Origin: Chloroflexota bacterium
GTDB lineage: Bacteria; Chloroflexota; UBA11872; VXOZ01
Direction of reading: 5' to 3'
Length of the DNA: 64,000 nucleotides
NCBI GenBank assembly: GCA_965221905.1
Contig: OZ244922.1
Coordinates: forward strand, 2,784,001 to 2,848,000
Numbering within the stretch: the first letter of the stretch is position 1; the number at the start of each line of letters is the position of its first letter. Below are positions 29,345 to 38,217 of this stretch, one piece after another. The translations under genes and the position numbers were made by a program. Under the pieces are notes generated by a model. That model saw nothing but the letters and a program-made list of their open reading frames with translations, was not told the DNA's origin and did not search any database.

Positions 29345-29645
29345 GTAGGGGCGATTCGCGAATCGCCCCTATTGGCCGTTTGGGCGACCACAAGGGTCGC
29401 CCCTACCAGACGTCCAGGCATCCGCAACGGTCGCCCCTACTGGATGTCCGGGCGTCCGCAACGGCCCACGTACGGGCGACCCTTGTGGTTGCCCGAATAG
29501 ATTGCTGGACGCCCAGGCATCCGCAACGGCCCGCGTAGGGGCGACCCTTGTGGTTGCCCGAATAGATCGCCGGATGCAACCCTCCCTACCATCTTCCTGC
29601 GGTCAGCATAGCAACGGTAGGGGCAACCCTTGTGGTTGCCCGAAT
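29345..29645. repeat. Mosaic cluster of GTAG-type REPs with a repeated linker
   Basis: GTAGGGGCGATTCGCGAATCGCCCCTA; GGGCGACCACAAGGGTCGCCCCTAC; three GGGC(G/A)ACCCTTGTGGTTGCCCGAAT; GGC(A/G)TCCGCAACGG x3. Confidence 0.85.
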
Positions 29646-29803
29646 GTTGCCCGGCACAATTCATACACCTGTGCTACTGTCTCACTAAGAAACTGTTTGT
29701 AGACTGTAGCGCGGGGTCTTGTCCCCCGCCTCCTAATACGAGACGAGAGCCCCGGAACCGCCTGTTTCTCCAAACACAAACAAGCCTGAAGTGGAGGTAA
29801 GCC

Positions 29804-30937
29804 ATGAAAATCAGCGACGTCCAGACCCATACCGTGAACAACGGCACGCGAAACTACACGTTCGTCACCGTTACTGAGGAAAACGGGTTGTACGGCATAG
29901 GCGAATCCGGCTGTTCCGGCAAAGACAACGCGGTCGCGGCAACCGTGGAGCACTACCGTCCGCTGCTCATCGGCCAGGACCCCGCGCGCATCGAGCACAT
30001 CTGGCAGGACCACTTCCGCGGCAACTTCTGGCGCGCGGGCCCGGTGCTCACGGCGGCAATATCCGCGCTAGATATTGCGCTCTGGGATCTCGCCGGCAAG
30101 GCCCTGGAGGTCCCAACCTACCAATTGCTGGGCGGCAAGACCCGCGAGAAAGTGCGCTGCTACGCCCACTTTAGCGGCAACGACCCGGATTCCTGCGCAA
30201 AGGCGGCCAAAGCGCGTGTGGACGAAGGCTTTGAGGTGGTGCGGTTCGGCTTGCTCACTGACCCAGATGACATCTTGGAACCGGCGCGGGCGGTTTGCAA
30301 TACGGTGGAAGCCTTTCAAGCGGTGCGCGAGACCGTGGGACATGAAATCGAAATCGCCCTCGACGTACACACGCGCCTCAATCCGACGTGGGCAATCCAG
30401 TTATGTAAACGCCTTGAGCCGCTGCGCCCCTTCTTCATCGAAGACCCCATTCGCTCGGAGAATCCGCAGTCGTTCGCCAATCTGCGGCACCACACGAGCG
30501 TGCCCATCGCCACCGGCGAACAGCTCATCACCAAGTGGCAATTTCGGGAGCTTATCGAGAACGAGTGGATTGACTATGCACGCGCGGACCTGGGCCTCGT
30601 GGGCGGCATCACCGAGGGTAAGAAGATCGCCGCCATGTGCGAAGTGCACTACATCGACACGGCCTTGCACAACCCGCTGGGCCCTGTGAACACCGCGGCC
30701 AGCGTCCAACTCGACATGTGCATTCCCAACTTCGGCATTCAGGAACTCTCGATGGTCCCACCCGCGATGACGGACATCTTCCCCACACAATGCAGCGTCG
30801 TGGCCGGGCACCTCATTCCCGCCGACGTTCCGGGAATCGGTATCGAATTCAACTTCGAGGCGGCAAAGAATTACTCGTACCAGTACTGGGAACACGCCCG
30901 CTTGCGGCGGGATGACGGCTCGGTGACGGACTGGTAG
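29804..30937 (+). CDS. Mandelate racemase/muconate lactonising family enzyme (galactonate dehydratase-like)
   Basis: G..G.GE, DIALWDL.GK, LDVH, FFIEDP, ATGE, GGITE..K, HNP. Confidence 0.88.
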   Translation: MKISDVQTHTVNNGTRNYTFVTVTEENGLYGIGESGCSGKDNAVAATVEHYRPLLIGQDPARIEHIWQDHFRGNFWRAGPVLTAAISALDIALWDLAGKALEVPTYQLLGGKTREKVRCYAHFSGNDPDSCAKAAKARVDEGFEVVRFGLLTDPDDILEPARAVCNTVEAFQAVRETVGHEIEIALDVHTRLNPTWAIQLCKRLEPLRPFFIEDPIRSENPQSFANLRHHTSVPIATGEQLITKWQFRELIENEWIDYARADLGLVGGITEGKKIAAMCEVHYIDTALHNPLGPVNTAASVQLDMCIPNFGIQELSMVPPAMTDIFPTQCSVVAGHLIPADVPGIGIEFNFEAAKNYSYQYWEHARLRRDDGSVTDW

Positions 30938-31132
30938 ATTCAGTTTTCGGGTATTGCTAATCCATCGCATTGGCCGCTGGATTTAGAACCGGGTTGCCTA
31001 CGTTTCGCCCTCTTTCGGTAGCGTAGGTTTGTAACCTGCGCCCTTCCAACGTAGCCGCTCCAAGTCATCCCGCTTTTTCCTTCCATGTAGCAGCGATAGG
31101 AAGATCACCCTCACCCCGGCCCTCTCCCTGAT

Positions 31133-31364
31133 GAGACCTTTGCATAACCCTTGCTGAGGCGAGAAAGTCCCCTCTCCCGGCGGGAGAGGGTTAGGGTGAG
31201 GGGGAATCTCCGCAATCCGGGCCATTTTCACCGATATTGCACACTTACTTATAGGTCTTAGAGGTAGAAAAGACAGAATAAGCAAGACTCCCCTCACCCC
31301 GGCCCTCTCCCGCCGGGAGAGGGAGTAATTCTTGCGCCGCTGGCCGAAGTTACGCAAAGGTCTC
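31133..31364. mobile_element. 232-bp MITE (16-bp TIR, 5-bp TSD CTGAT) carrying an inverted REP pair
   Basis: CTGAT-GAGACCTTTGCATAAC ... GTTACGCAAAGGTCTC-CTGAT (15/16 match); removal restores the hairpin CCCTCTCC-CTGAT-GGAGAGGG. Confidence 0.8.
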
Positions 31365-31472
31365 CTGATGGAGAGGGTGTTTTCCTTACCTCTGTTCGGG
31401 CTAAGCACGGCTCTCCTGAGAGAAAGGAGGTTTCCAATGACTCTGATCGAGACTATGCAACGCTCGCCTTAG

Positions 31473-31614
31473 GGGACCTTTGCGATACCCCTTCCCCCTT
31501 GAGGGGGGAAGGTTGGAATGGGGGTGAAAAGGGCCTCACGGCAAGGTTCCGCGCTCTTCCCGCCTCCCCTGTATTCCGGCTTTCGCCGGAAAGACGGAGT
31601 TGTTCAAAGGTCAC
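31473..31614. mobile_element. Degenerate second MITE-like element with related ends
   Basis: GGGACCTTTGCGATAC ... GTTGTTCAAAGGTCAC enclosing two REP-like hairpins; no clean TSD. Confidence 0.45.
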
Positions 31615-31709
31615 CCTAAGGAGAGGAATCGATTGCGGATGAGGATAGGGAGAAGTGCGCCACCACAATATGAGCCGAATAGACCTCCTACTTACGCAAA
31701 CCGGCGCGG

Positions 31710-32264
31710 CTACGGTTGCGGACAAGACAGCAAGCGTTCAGCGATCCGCTTCACGATGTCCCAGTCCTGTTGCTTTGCCTTGAACTTGCCACTGACCTGC
31801 ACGCTCCATCCCTGAAACTCCCCAGCGTGGCTCTCGATTTCCACGTCGCCGGTCTTCTTGACGAATGACTTTATCGCCGGCTCGTTGGCGAGGACGCTAA
31901 GCAACCGCGTGGCGTGGTCTTCACCCTGCCACGTCACATCCACCACTTTCCCGAAGAGTGGGAAGGACTTGCTACGCACGGTCTTGATCTTCACCGCACG
32001 TTGCTCTGAGAACGGTCTCTCATCCGGGATGCCGAATACGGTCCACCATTGCGGTGGACTGTACTGCGAGCCGTCTTGTTTCAAGCAGTTTACCCACCGG
32101 ATCGACCCCTCCTGCACGTCGATGATTCCCTGGGAACGGTTCGACCAGGCATTCTGGATCTTCTCCTCCGGTCGTTCGCGCTCCGCCAGCGTGGCTCTAA
32201 TGCCCAGCGCGTTCAAGGCAAGCGTCAGTTCATCTCTCGTCTTGTCCCGCAAGCGTTCCTTCAT
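31710..32264 (-). CDS. Hypothetical protein (184 aa)
   Basis: ATG ORF with plausible composition, directly downstream of the SPFH gene; family not recognised. Confidence 0.6.
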   Translation of the reverse strand: MKERLRDKTRDELTLALNALGIRATLAERERPEEKIQNAWSNRSQGIIDVQEGSIRWVNCLKQDGSQYSPPQWWTVFGIPDERPFSEQRAVKIKTVRSKSFPLFGKVVDVTWQGEDHATRLLSVLANEPAIKSFVKKTGDVEIESHAGEFQGWSVQVSGKFKAKQQDWDIVKRIAERLLSCPQP

Positions 32265-32294
32265 CTATTATCTCTTGGTCAAGGCTGCTATTGG

Positions 32295-33152
32295 CTAGTT
32301 GGAAGTGGTGTTGACCACGGGTTGGATGGCGTTTTCGCTGGTGAGGACGACGAGCAGATTGCTTACCAAGGCTGCCCGGCTCTTCTTGTCGAATTCGATG
32401 ACTTCGCGTTCGGCAAGCATGCCGAGCGCGTTTTCGACCATACCCACGGCCCCTTCAACGATCTTCTGGCGGGCGGCGATTACGGCGTCGGCCTGCTGGC
32501 GACGCAGCATGACGGCGGCAATCTCCGGTGCATACGCCAGGTGGCTAACTCTCGCCTCCAGCACCTCCACGCCGGCTTGCGCCAGACGCTCCTGAATCTC
32601 GGTCTTGAGCTGATCTGAAACCTCCGCGGTGTGGGTGACGAGGCTAACCTCTTCTTCTTCGTGCGCGTCGTAGGCGTAGCCGGTCGCCAAGTTGCGCACC
32701 GCCGCTTCGCTCTGCACGTGGACGTAGTTCTCGTAATCGTCCACTTGGAACGAGGCCTCGGCCGTATCCACCACCTGCCAAACGACGACGGCTGCAATCT
32801 CAATGGGGTTGCCGCGGCGGTCATTCACCTTGACCCGACCGGTCTCGAAATTACGCACACGCAACGAAATTCGCGCTTTGCTGTAGAACGGATTGGTATA
32901 GCGCAAGCCGGGCTTGCGGGCCGTGCCACGGTACGCCCCAAAGAGTTGGAGCACCTTTCCCTCATTGGGCGCGACTTTGAAAAATCCAAATACGCCGATT
33001 TTGAGCGCGAAAAAAATGATGATCGGCAAGACGAGCAGCAAGGACTCCATTGCTATCAAGACGACAAATCCAGCAATGTCTGCAAGCAGCAGCACGAGCC
33101 AAAGGACGAGCAATCCTATACCGGGAAGGCCGTCACGACGATTCTCTTGCAT
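32295..33152 (-). CDS. SPFH/Band 7 domain membrane protein
   Basis: Two N-terminal TMs; VNDRRGNPIEIAAVVVW, HLAYAPEIA..ML.RQQA, IVEGAVGMV. Confidence 0.9.
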   Translation of the reverse strand: MQENRRDGLPGIGLLVLWLVLLLADIAGFVVLIAMESLLLVLPIIIFFALKIGVFGFFKVAPNEGKVLQLFGAYRGTARKPGLRYTNPFYSKARISLRVRNFETGRVKVNDRRGNPIEIAAVVVWQVVDTAEASFQVDDYENYVHVQSEAAVRNLATGYAYDAHEEEEVSLVTHTAEVSDQLKTEIQERLAQAGVEVLEARVSHLAYAPEIAAVMLRRQQADAVIAARQKIVEGAVGMVENALGMLAEREVIEFDKKSRAALVSNLLVVLTSENAIQPVVNTTSN

Positions 33153-33198
33153 CGTTCAATTACCCTTTCAGTGCGGTGAGTTCGGTTACCTGATAGTC

Positions 33199-35310
33199 TT
33201 ACGAAATTCCGCGGTCTATCCAGACTGCCGCATAGAATTCTAACCGCGGGAGACGAACGCTCAGTTTACCGTCTGTGTAATTGGTTTCAAGCGCGCTGCC
33301 ATGCAAATCCCACGCCGACGTTGTCCGGTCGTTCGGCAAGGGTATGTGAAGAGTAATGTCATGCACCGGCGCTACGTGGCGAAAATAGCCGCGACTGGTA
33401 AGTGTAGCAGATAGATTGACAAAAAAGAACACGGATTGGCCCGCGGGCGCTTCTCGCCCCATGACGAGGACAGTGGGCGGCGCGTTCTCAACAGTGAATG
33501 GTAACGCTCCACCCACGTGCCGAATACACTTGACGAGCAACTGATTCAACTCGTCACAGGATTCTCTTGCTGCTGCGCACTCGACGGGCGCGGCGAAATA
33601 GACCACGTTGCCGTGTACCGTTGCTAACGGCATCTGCGGAACACCCGCAAAGGGCATCCGGCGGTTGAAGAGCGCGGTGTTTATCAGCGCTTGGTCGAAA
33701 TCTAGCACATCGGCAACTACCGTAGTGCCTGTAAGCGGCTCCGCTTGCACGACAGGCGCTTCGAAGTCCAGTCGCACGCCGGTCAAATCGTCCATGAACG
33801 CGGGCGCGTCATTCCGAACCCGCCCGTAGAAAAAGTCGCTCGCATGCTGACTCGGTACCGGGACGTGTGGTGAGAGATCGGCAACTTGACGGTGATGCGA
33901 CAGCGTATCAAAGCGGGTCACGCCAAGGAGATCACGTAGGGGATCAATGGCAGTGCCGTCTGATTTCGGTTCCGGCGCACTGCCCGTTCCCAGCCCGGTG
34001 CGATAACTTGCCAACAGGCCGCCTCCCTCTGCGACGAATTCCTCCACCTTTGCCACAATCGCCGCAGGTAAGACCTCCGCATTGCCCAGCAGCAGGCACG
34101 CATAGTCGCTGAGCGCACCGCAAGCAATGTCATCTTCGGTAACGATGGCGAACGGAATGTGCTCCTCGCACAGCAAGCGGTACCAACCATAGAAGCTAGC
34201 ATCATAGGCTTCGCCGCGTTGCCTTTGCGTTGCATGCGAGTGCAAGAGCGCAGCATAGCGTATTGGCGCCGTATCCACCGCCTCGGCATGGACGTTGCTT
34301 AACTCACGCAGCGCCGTGAAGAGCCGCCGGCGCTTTGGCTCCGGGTCGGTATCGAGCGCATCTTGATCGCGGAAGACAATCGGGTTGCCATTCGCCACCG
34401 CTGCCGCCGACTGCACAATGCCGTGCACGAGCGGCACGGAGCGCGGGGTGTAGTTGTCGTACTTCACTTCGCCATAGGCAGGAGCACCGCCGTACCGCTC
34501 GGTTAGTGTCCGGTCGGCCATTACCCCAATCGTGTCCCGCGAACCGTGACCGCCTTCAGTGCGGGTGCCAGCGACCACTTCCGGCAGAAATCCGTCAACA
34601 ATACCACGTCCCAAGCGTGCCCGGGGTCCGACGAGGTGGTTTGCGACAAGCGCAGTATCGGGACGGATTTCATTGATGACATGGCGTACGTTGCGAAGAA
34701 AGGCTACGCGCTTGGCATCGGCAAACTCCTCCAACTCCCGCTCGTTAGGATTCCCCCAGTAGATGTGGCCGTAGCGATAGCTTGCGGGCGTATCGGCTGA
34801 GAACGGAAGCTCTTTTCCGTAAATCTCTGCGAACTGCTGGCGACAGTACGCACAGTAACAGCCCGTCATCAACTGATCGAAATAGATGCCGTCTACCGCA
34901 TAGTTGGTCAATACTTCGCGCACCTGCGCAAAGACAAAGTCACGAAGCGGCCCATTATAACAAACCAATATGAACGGGCTGCCATCCGGGCCGCGTACAA
35001 TCCAGTCGGGATGTTCGCGAGCCTGCAGCGCATTGCCTGGCAGCGTTCCCAGCCAACACGCTATAAGCCTATTGCCACGATTGTGGTTCTCTGCGACAAG
35101 GGCTTCGAGCAGATCAAAGGCGAGACCCGGGGAGCGAGGCGCTAGGCTGCTATCGTAGATAACCGCGCCGCCGACTTGCACCATGTACTGGTGCACGGTC
35201 GCGCCCATCTCCACCATCTTCACCGCTTGGTGTCGGGCGTAGTCCCGCGTAACCGGACGATCCACGGTGAGCCAATCGAGATAGGCCGTTCCTGCTTGCA
35301 GCCACTTCAT
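33199..35310 (-). CDS. GHL6/GH42-like glycoside hydrolase with beta-galactosidase trimerisation domain
   Basis: HPDW, C.NGP, Y.VDGIYFD, CYC.YC, class I glutamine amidotransferase-like FVAEGGGLL. Confidence 0.65.
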   Translation of the reverse strand: MKWLQAGTAYLDWLTVDRPVTRDYARHQAVKMVEMGATVHQYMVQVGGAVIYDSSLAPRSPGLAFDLLEALVAENHNRGNRLIACWLGTLPGNALQAREHPDWIVRGPDGSPFILVCYNGPLRDFVFAQVREVLTNYAVDGIYFDQLMTGCYCAYCRQQFAEIYGKELPFSADTPASYRYGHIYWGNPNERELEEFADAKRVAFLRNVRHVINEIRPDTALVANHLVGPRARLGRGIVDGFLPEVVAGTRTEGGHGSRDTIGVMADRTLTERYGGAPAYGEVKYDNYTPRSVPLVHGIVQSAAAVANGNPIVFRDQDALDTDPEPKRRRLFTALRELSNVHAEAVDTAPIRYAALLHSHATQRQRGEAYDASFYGWYRLLCEEHIPFAIVTEDDIACGALSDYACLLLGNAEVLPAAIVAKVEEFVAEGGGLLASYRTGLGTGSAPEPKSDGTAIDPLRDLLGVTRFDTLSHHRQVADLSPHVPVPSQHASDFFYGRVRNDAPAFMDDLTGVRLDFEAPVVQAEPLTGTTVVADVLDFDQALINTALFNRRMPFAGVPQMPLATVHGNVVYFAAPVECAAARESCDELNQLLVKCIRHVGGALPFTVENAPPTVLVMGREAPAGQSVFFFVNLSATLTSRGYFRHVAPVHDITLHIPLPNDRTTSAWDLHGSALETNYTDGKLSVRLPRLEFYAAVWIDRGIS

Positions 35311-35336
35311 GCCGTCATCTTTCTATCAGATTCTGA

Positions 35337-36362
35337 TCATGCACGAACAAAAGTAATGTCAATAGTCGCGCCGGCCTGCACCCTGCAGGTAAAGCGTATC
35401 CGCCGTTCGCCGTCCGGAGAGACACTCACGGCTCCATCCGGCCCCTGCACCTGCACGGGACCGTGGTCATCTGCAAAAGTCACGAGAAACGTTAACTCAC
35501 CGTCCTCGATCTGTGTCGGAAGTTGCGGGAAATCAACATTGATAGAGGCACGAGAGTCCGACTCTTGCTCGATGGCAGCCGCGCAATGGCGTCGCAAGTA
35601 GGCATAGCGCACCACGTCGTCCGGATTTGCAGCCCACATTCTGTCGCCAAAGATCGTGCGCATCTGATCGAATCGCCCCTCCAGCGCGCTTGGTGAAATG
35701 CACTTGTGCCCCTGCGGTGTCTTGTAGAGTACCAAGTGCGTGACGTCTACCAGCCACTGCCCCTGCACCCGCTCCGGCTCGAACCCGCCACGCGAGAGCC
35801 ACGTAGGCAGGTATTCTATTTCGTCGTCCTCGCACAGGCGGTTGCGCCAGATGCTGAATGGATCGAAGTCCGGCTGGTTTATGTGTTCAGCGTCGTTGGA
35901 GGCACGTGTCAGACCGAGATAGCCCGGCACACGCCTCACCCACGCCCGCACCGTGTCGTAGACTTCGAAGCTGTTCCAAGAGGAAAAAATCGGCGCCGGT
36001 TGGCCGAGCGCCTGTTCCAAGATGTGGTAGGACTCCACAATCTCCTGCCTGAAGTCAATGCTATCGGGGTCGCGCAAAGGGGGATGGCAAAAGCTGTGAT
36101 TGCTTATGCTCCAGCCCTGCGACAAGAGGAACCTCAGATGCTCCGGCCCCATGTGGAAGTAGTCGTTCAGCGAACTACGCTCAACGTGGCGCTTCTCACC
36201 CAGTTGACCCGCCACCACCGCCACGTCGCCGGGGATGCCATACTGCTGACCAATGGGAAACGCATTCGCCAGACAATCGATGGTTCCTTCATCAAACACC
36301 ACCGAATAGACGAATGTTGCGTCATCTTTCCAGGGCGCAATCTCAACTGACGAAATTCTCAT
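35337..36362 (-). CDS. Polysaccharide deacetylase (NodB)-like protein
   Basis: VFDEG (cf. TFDDG), GW.I.NHS..HP metal motif. Confidence 0.65.
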   Translation of the reverse strand: MRISSVEIAPWKDDATFVYSVVFDEGTIDCLANAFPIGQQYGIPGDVAVVAGQLGEKRHVERSSLNDYFHMGPEHLRFLLSQGWSISNHSFCHPPLRDPDSIDFRQEIVESYHILEQALGQPAPIFSSWNSFEVYDTVRAWVRRVPGYLGLTRASNDAEHINQPDFDPFSIWRNRLCEDDEIEYLPTWLSRGGFEPERVQGQWLVDVTHLVLYKTPQGHKCISPSALEGRFDQMRTIFGDRMWAANPDDVVRYAYLRRHCAAAIEQESDSRASINVDFPQLPTQIEDGELTFLVTFADDHGPVQVQGPDGAVSVSPDGERRIRFTCRVQAGATIDITFVRA

Positions 36363-36572
36363 CGCAACTCCTTCACCCCCGTGAGCTACTTGTCCCTACC
36401 AGCATATCGCTAAAGGAAGCTAAACTGAGATTCTCTCCATATACCTTGAGACTAGCCACTTGAGGCGGTCTTGCTCCGGTAGCGCAGGCTTACAACCTGC
36501 GTCTGCTGCCACAATGCCGCACTAGGACGGCTTCGTCGTTGATTCGGGACAGAATCCCATTCAGCCCACGCC

Positions 36573-36602
36573 TCCTGGACTCCGGCTTTCGCCGGAGTGA
36601 CG
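36573..36602. repeat. REP family B copy
   Basis: CTGGACTCCGGCTTTCGCCGGAGTGACG. Confidence 0.75.
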
Positions 36603-36646
36603 ATAAGCCGTCTCTCTCCTTTCCGCCCGCTTCGCATCTCTCAGAA

Positions 36647-37987
36647 TCAGGATATCCGCGCAGAATCGTAGACGCCCGCCATGCCAAGGTCCAGCGGGTT
36701 TACTTGCACCCAGACCTCGTCCGGCATGGTATCCCCTTCCAGTTCAAGCGAAACCGAGACTCGCTCAAGACCGGGCGCCGGTGCAATGAGATGTCCTATT
36801 TGACGCCGGATCAGTATATTCGATTCTTCGCGATTAGCCGCAGGGTCGGCAGCCGACTTGGGATCGCCGTTGAAGGCGACCGTCAGCATCCGGGCGACAT
36901 CAAAAGCGCCGGTGTTTTCCACAACAATGTCTGCCACAAGCCGACCATCGTCTCGGCGTACCTGTGAAGACGCCGTGTCAATGTGCAATCCTGGTGAAAG
37001 CTCCTGCGGCCTGAGCGAAACGGCCCGGTACGCATCGAAGATGCCATGTCCGAGCAAGGGGTCCCAGCCATTGCCCTGTGACGTGTTGCGCAGTATTTGG
37101 CGAATTTCCCGATTGGAGAGGTGCGGAAAGCGCGAGAAGGCCAGCGCCGCCACGCCGCCGCCAAAGGCAGACGCCATGCACCCGCCCTGGAAAGGAATGT
37201 AGTCGTGGTCGCCGCCGGTGCCCCAAATTGAGTCGGTAGGGTCATCCGTATCGCGTTCGCCGCCGGGCGTCGCCGCTTCCGCATAGTCTGCCGAGGCCGC
37301 GATATTCGCCGCCAAGTCGTGTTTATTCGTCGAGCCGACGGCGAAGACGCTATCCAAACCGGCATTTACCGTCGCTACCCGGCGTCCGCGATTGTCAGCA
37401 GTGCCTTTGAAGATCAGGCAGCCCGACTGGTAGGCGTAGTCGAGCGCCTCGATCAGGCCGATGTTGTCGTACGGATAGCTGAAATCTGTACCCTTATAGA
37501 ACAATGGGACACCGTCGTCGTGGTTCAGCGTGATGTACCCGTGGGGCATTACGAGCACCTTAGCTCCATGGTCGACCGCATAGCGCACGGCGCGCGGCCA
37601 ACTCTTTTGGTGGTGCGGCTCGTACCCCACGCGCAGAATCATGATAGGACACTTGGGAGCGGTCGCCGCTACCTCTCCCACCACAAACGCATGGTGTCCG
37701 CGAAGATACATCGTATCCGAGCGGGACCCTTCGTATTCGAGTGTGGCGTCTTCCTCGGCAAAGTCCCAGCCGTGGACGTCACCCCGCGTGGGGCGCGGAT
37801 TCACCCACAAGTGACCCTCATGATCGGGATGGAAGCGATAGCCCAAATCAATCACCGCCACTACCACGTCAGGGCTGCCCTGCGTAATGGCGTGGGCCTC
37901 CGGCACACGCATCTGATCGAGCGCCCAATCATACGGCTCGCGCACGCCCTCCGGCAGCACACCGCTCTGCTTCTCGGCAATAGCCAT
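36647..37987 (-). CDS. S8/subtilisin-fold protein with a Cys nucleophile (Asp47-His98-Cys270, Asn199)
   Basis: VVVAVIDLG, GWDF, GHHAFVVG, GTADN, VFAVGST, QGGCMASAFGGGVAAL, LGHG..DAYRA; no signal peptide or prodomain. Confidence 0.85.
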   Translation of the reverse strand: MAIAEKQSGVLPEGVREPYDWALDQMRVPEAHAITQGSPDVVVAVIDLGYRFHPDHEGHLWVNPRPTRGDVHGWDFAEEDATLEYEGSRSDTMYLRGHHAFVVGEVAATAPKCPIMILRVGYEPHHQKSWPRAVRYAVDHGAKVLVMPHGYITLNHDDGVPLFYKGTDFSYPYDNIGLIEALDYAYQSGCLIFKGTADNRGRRVATVNAGLDSVFAVGSTNKHDLAANIAASADYAEAATPGGERDTDDPTDSIWGTGGDHDYIPFQGGCMASAFGGGVAALAFSRFPHLSNREIRQILRNTSQGNGWDPLLGHGIFDAYRAVSLRPQELSPGLHIDTASSQVRRDDGRLVADIVVENTGAFDVARMLTVAFNGDPKSAADPAANREESNILIRRQIGHLIAPAPGLERVSVSLELEGDTMPDEVWVQVNPLDLGMAGVYDSARIS

Positions 37988-38061
37988 TCTTGTCTCCTTT
38001 CGTACAGTCTCACTTCAGCCGAATTCGTTATTCCGGTTGAGCATATCGGGTCGACTCTGTC

Positions 38062-38089
38062 CGTCATTCCGGCGTAAGCCGGAATCCAG
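38062..38089. repeat. REP family B copy, with a truncated arm at about 38026
   Basis: CGTCATTCCGGCGTAAGCCGGAATCCAG. Confidence 0.7.
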
Positions 38090-38217
38090 TCCGCTCCATT
38101 AGGGCATTCGGGCGCTCACCGGAACCGGGATTGCCCCCTAGTGATACCTGCAGGAAATGTTAAACCCTATCCCCTCGGTCCATAATTCCGGTGCAAGCCG
38201 AAATCCTGTCTTCATAC

